DNA of 64,000 bases from Chlorokybus atmophyticus (lineage: Eukaryota > Plantae > Mesostigma and Chlorokybus algae): positions 998,755-1,062,754 of the forward strand of contig RHPI01002438.1 of the NCBI GenBank assembly GCA_009103225.1, read 5' to 3'. The notes under the pieces were generated by a model. That model was not told the origin of the DNA. It worked only from the letters and a program-made list of their open reading frames with translations, and did no database searches. Position numbers and translations under genes: made by a program. Shown here piece by piece: positions 62,570-64,000 of this stretch (its first letter is position 1; each line of letters begins with the position of its first letter).

Positions 62570-64000
62570 ATGGTAGCAGGTGTGTCCAGCGATAAAGGAG
62601 CACGACAAGGAGCAGGAGGAGAAAGACGAGCAGGAGCAGGACGAGGATCTCATCCAGGGACAGGGTGCTGCCACGCATGCAGGCGGCGTGTGCGTAACGA
62701 CAGGCTGGTGCGCTGTCCGCAGGTGGGGCCGGACGTACCGCTGAAGGAGAGGCACTCGCCCTGGTGCTTCCCATGCGTCCGCCGCCTGCTCAAGCAGAGC
62801 CCTCTCTTTGCCTCCGCAACAAAAGGTGAGACACTCAACTATGCAGCCTAGTGAAGCCTGCTTGCTGATTTGTAACTGAGCTGAGCATGCCGTACGCTGT
62901 GCTGTAAATCAAGCTGTGAGCATCACAGCTTGATTCACTGGCCAGTGTTTGCATGCGATGCTGTTGGACCAGTTTGAACCGCAAAGACTTTCCTGGTAGT
63001 TTAGACGCACGCAGGCTTTTCTTGAGAGCAAAGCAGCATGCAGCAGTGTAGGCAAGCGCATACGACCTTACGAATGAGATGGACAACTGTGGTTGCGCAT
63101 GCACGCACACGCTTGCAATGCATGGTTGCTCGGTAACCAGTGTTGCTGCAAAGGTGGTAGCTTGTTGCTGGGTCTGAAGTGTCATCTTGCAGGTTGGCAA
63201 TGTCCTCGTTGCGGCGGTCACGAGTGTCCATGTCCAGCATGCACGCGGCGACGCAAAGACAAGCAACAGCTGGCTTCTCTCAGAGCAGCAATTGACACTC
63301 CCAAACTTGCTGAAGCAGCAGCTCCTGCTGCTGAAGTGAGAACCCCAGACATCAACTTGCCATCGAACACAACGTCACCAGGTCTGTCATCGCCCGAACC
63401 TCTTCCACCATCACCGCCACGCAAACGGTCACAGCTGCGTTCGAAAGCGTCCGACAGCAACAAGAGCAGCAGCGAGAGTGGGCGAACTGGAGTTCTTACG
63501 CGTTCACAGTCAAGAAAGGTGTGTCTGTGGAAAGCTGAATACTGGATGCATCCCGTGGAACATTTAGCGCAGAACGTATGGTCTGTGTGTTTTGTGTGCT
63601 GCAAGAACGCACTCACATTCCATTCCTCGTTCTCTTGCAGTTACAGCCGGAGAAAGGGCTTTTGCACCTACAAAATGGAGCTGGCAAGGAAGGAGCAGCA
63701 GAGTCCAACTCTGAGCCTTTCCCACCTGAACCGGTCGAACGCAGCATATATGAAGAGGCAAAGCCTCCTACCCGCCCGCCCCGCTCTTCATTGGACTCAT
63801 CTGCATGGGAGCAGTGGCGTTTGAGCCCAACACCCGCCAAAGTGCGCACGCTGCCCAATGCAAGAATACGAGCCGTTAGTGATACAGACACAAGTACAGT
63901 GCAGCCAACAGAGACAACATCTCCTTTCAAGGAGGTCCCCGCAAACGAGCCTTCTGCCTCGATGCCAAGCCCATCAGATGACATCAACATAAGCGATGCA
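62570..64000 (+). CDS. Partial gene (runs off the window) with a Cys-rich zinc finger resembling zf-4CXXC_R1 (CDCA7/JmjC-associated type) and a low-complexity Ser/Pro tail
   Basis: Spliced segments ..RHSPWCFPCVRRLLKQSPLFASATK / GWQCPRCGGHECPCPACTRRRK..TRSQSRK / LQPEKG.. open to the window end; N-terminus unresolved. Confidence 0.6.

Noticed and set aside
1-64000. tRNA, rRNA or snRNA genes
   Set aside because: None recognised by eye; a covariance-model scan was not possible

Overview
Eukaryotic, intron-rich (mostly GT-AG, roughly 80-800 nt introns) genomic window from a green-lineage alga or similar. The assignment is inferred from a plastid-targeted At1g16080-like gene and a DUF3110 gene. 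There are four N-gaps. Left part (1-20 kb): two adjacent old inverted duplications. One is a head-to-head pair of 7-exon type-II membrane sulfotransferases. The other is an F-box/LRR gene plus its decayed inverted copy, which is interrupted by a 4.2-kb degenerate RLE-type (CRE-like) non-LTR retrotransposon with a 7-bp TSD. Housekeeping genes follow (NDC80, At1g16080-like, SSSCA1-like, DUF3110), with GPN1, a PLAC8 pseudogene, a repeat-containing membrane microprotein and a Cys-rich zinc-finger gene at the right. The main discovery candidate is a decayed multi-gene region of about 13 kb (about 37.1-50.9 kb) built around a Plavaka-type DNA transposase. It also carries a phage/bacterial-type C5 DNA methyltransferase that appears spliced to upstream PHD-like and Tudor-like chromatin-reader exons, a ZnF-OTU-RING-like ubiquitin-editing ORF and two unknown genes. 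It is punctuated by clusters of a palindromic GTACCAT/ATGGTAC motif. All family calls are by manual motif recognition; no database search was run.
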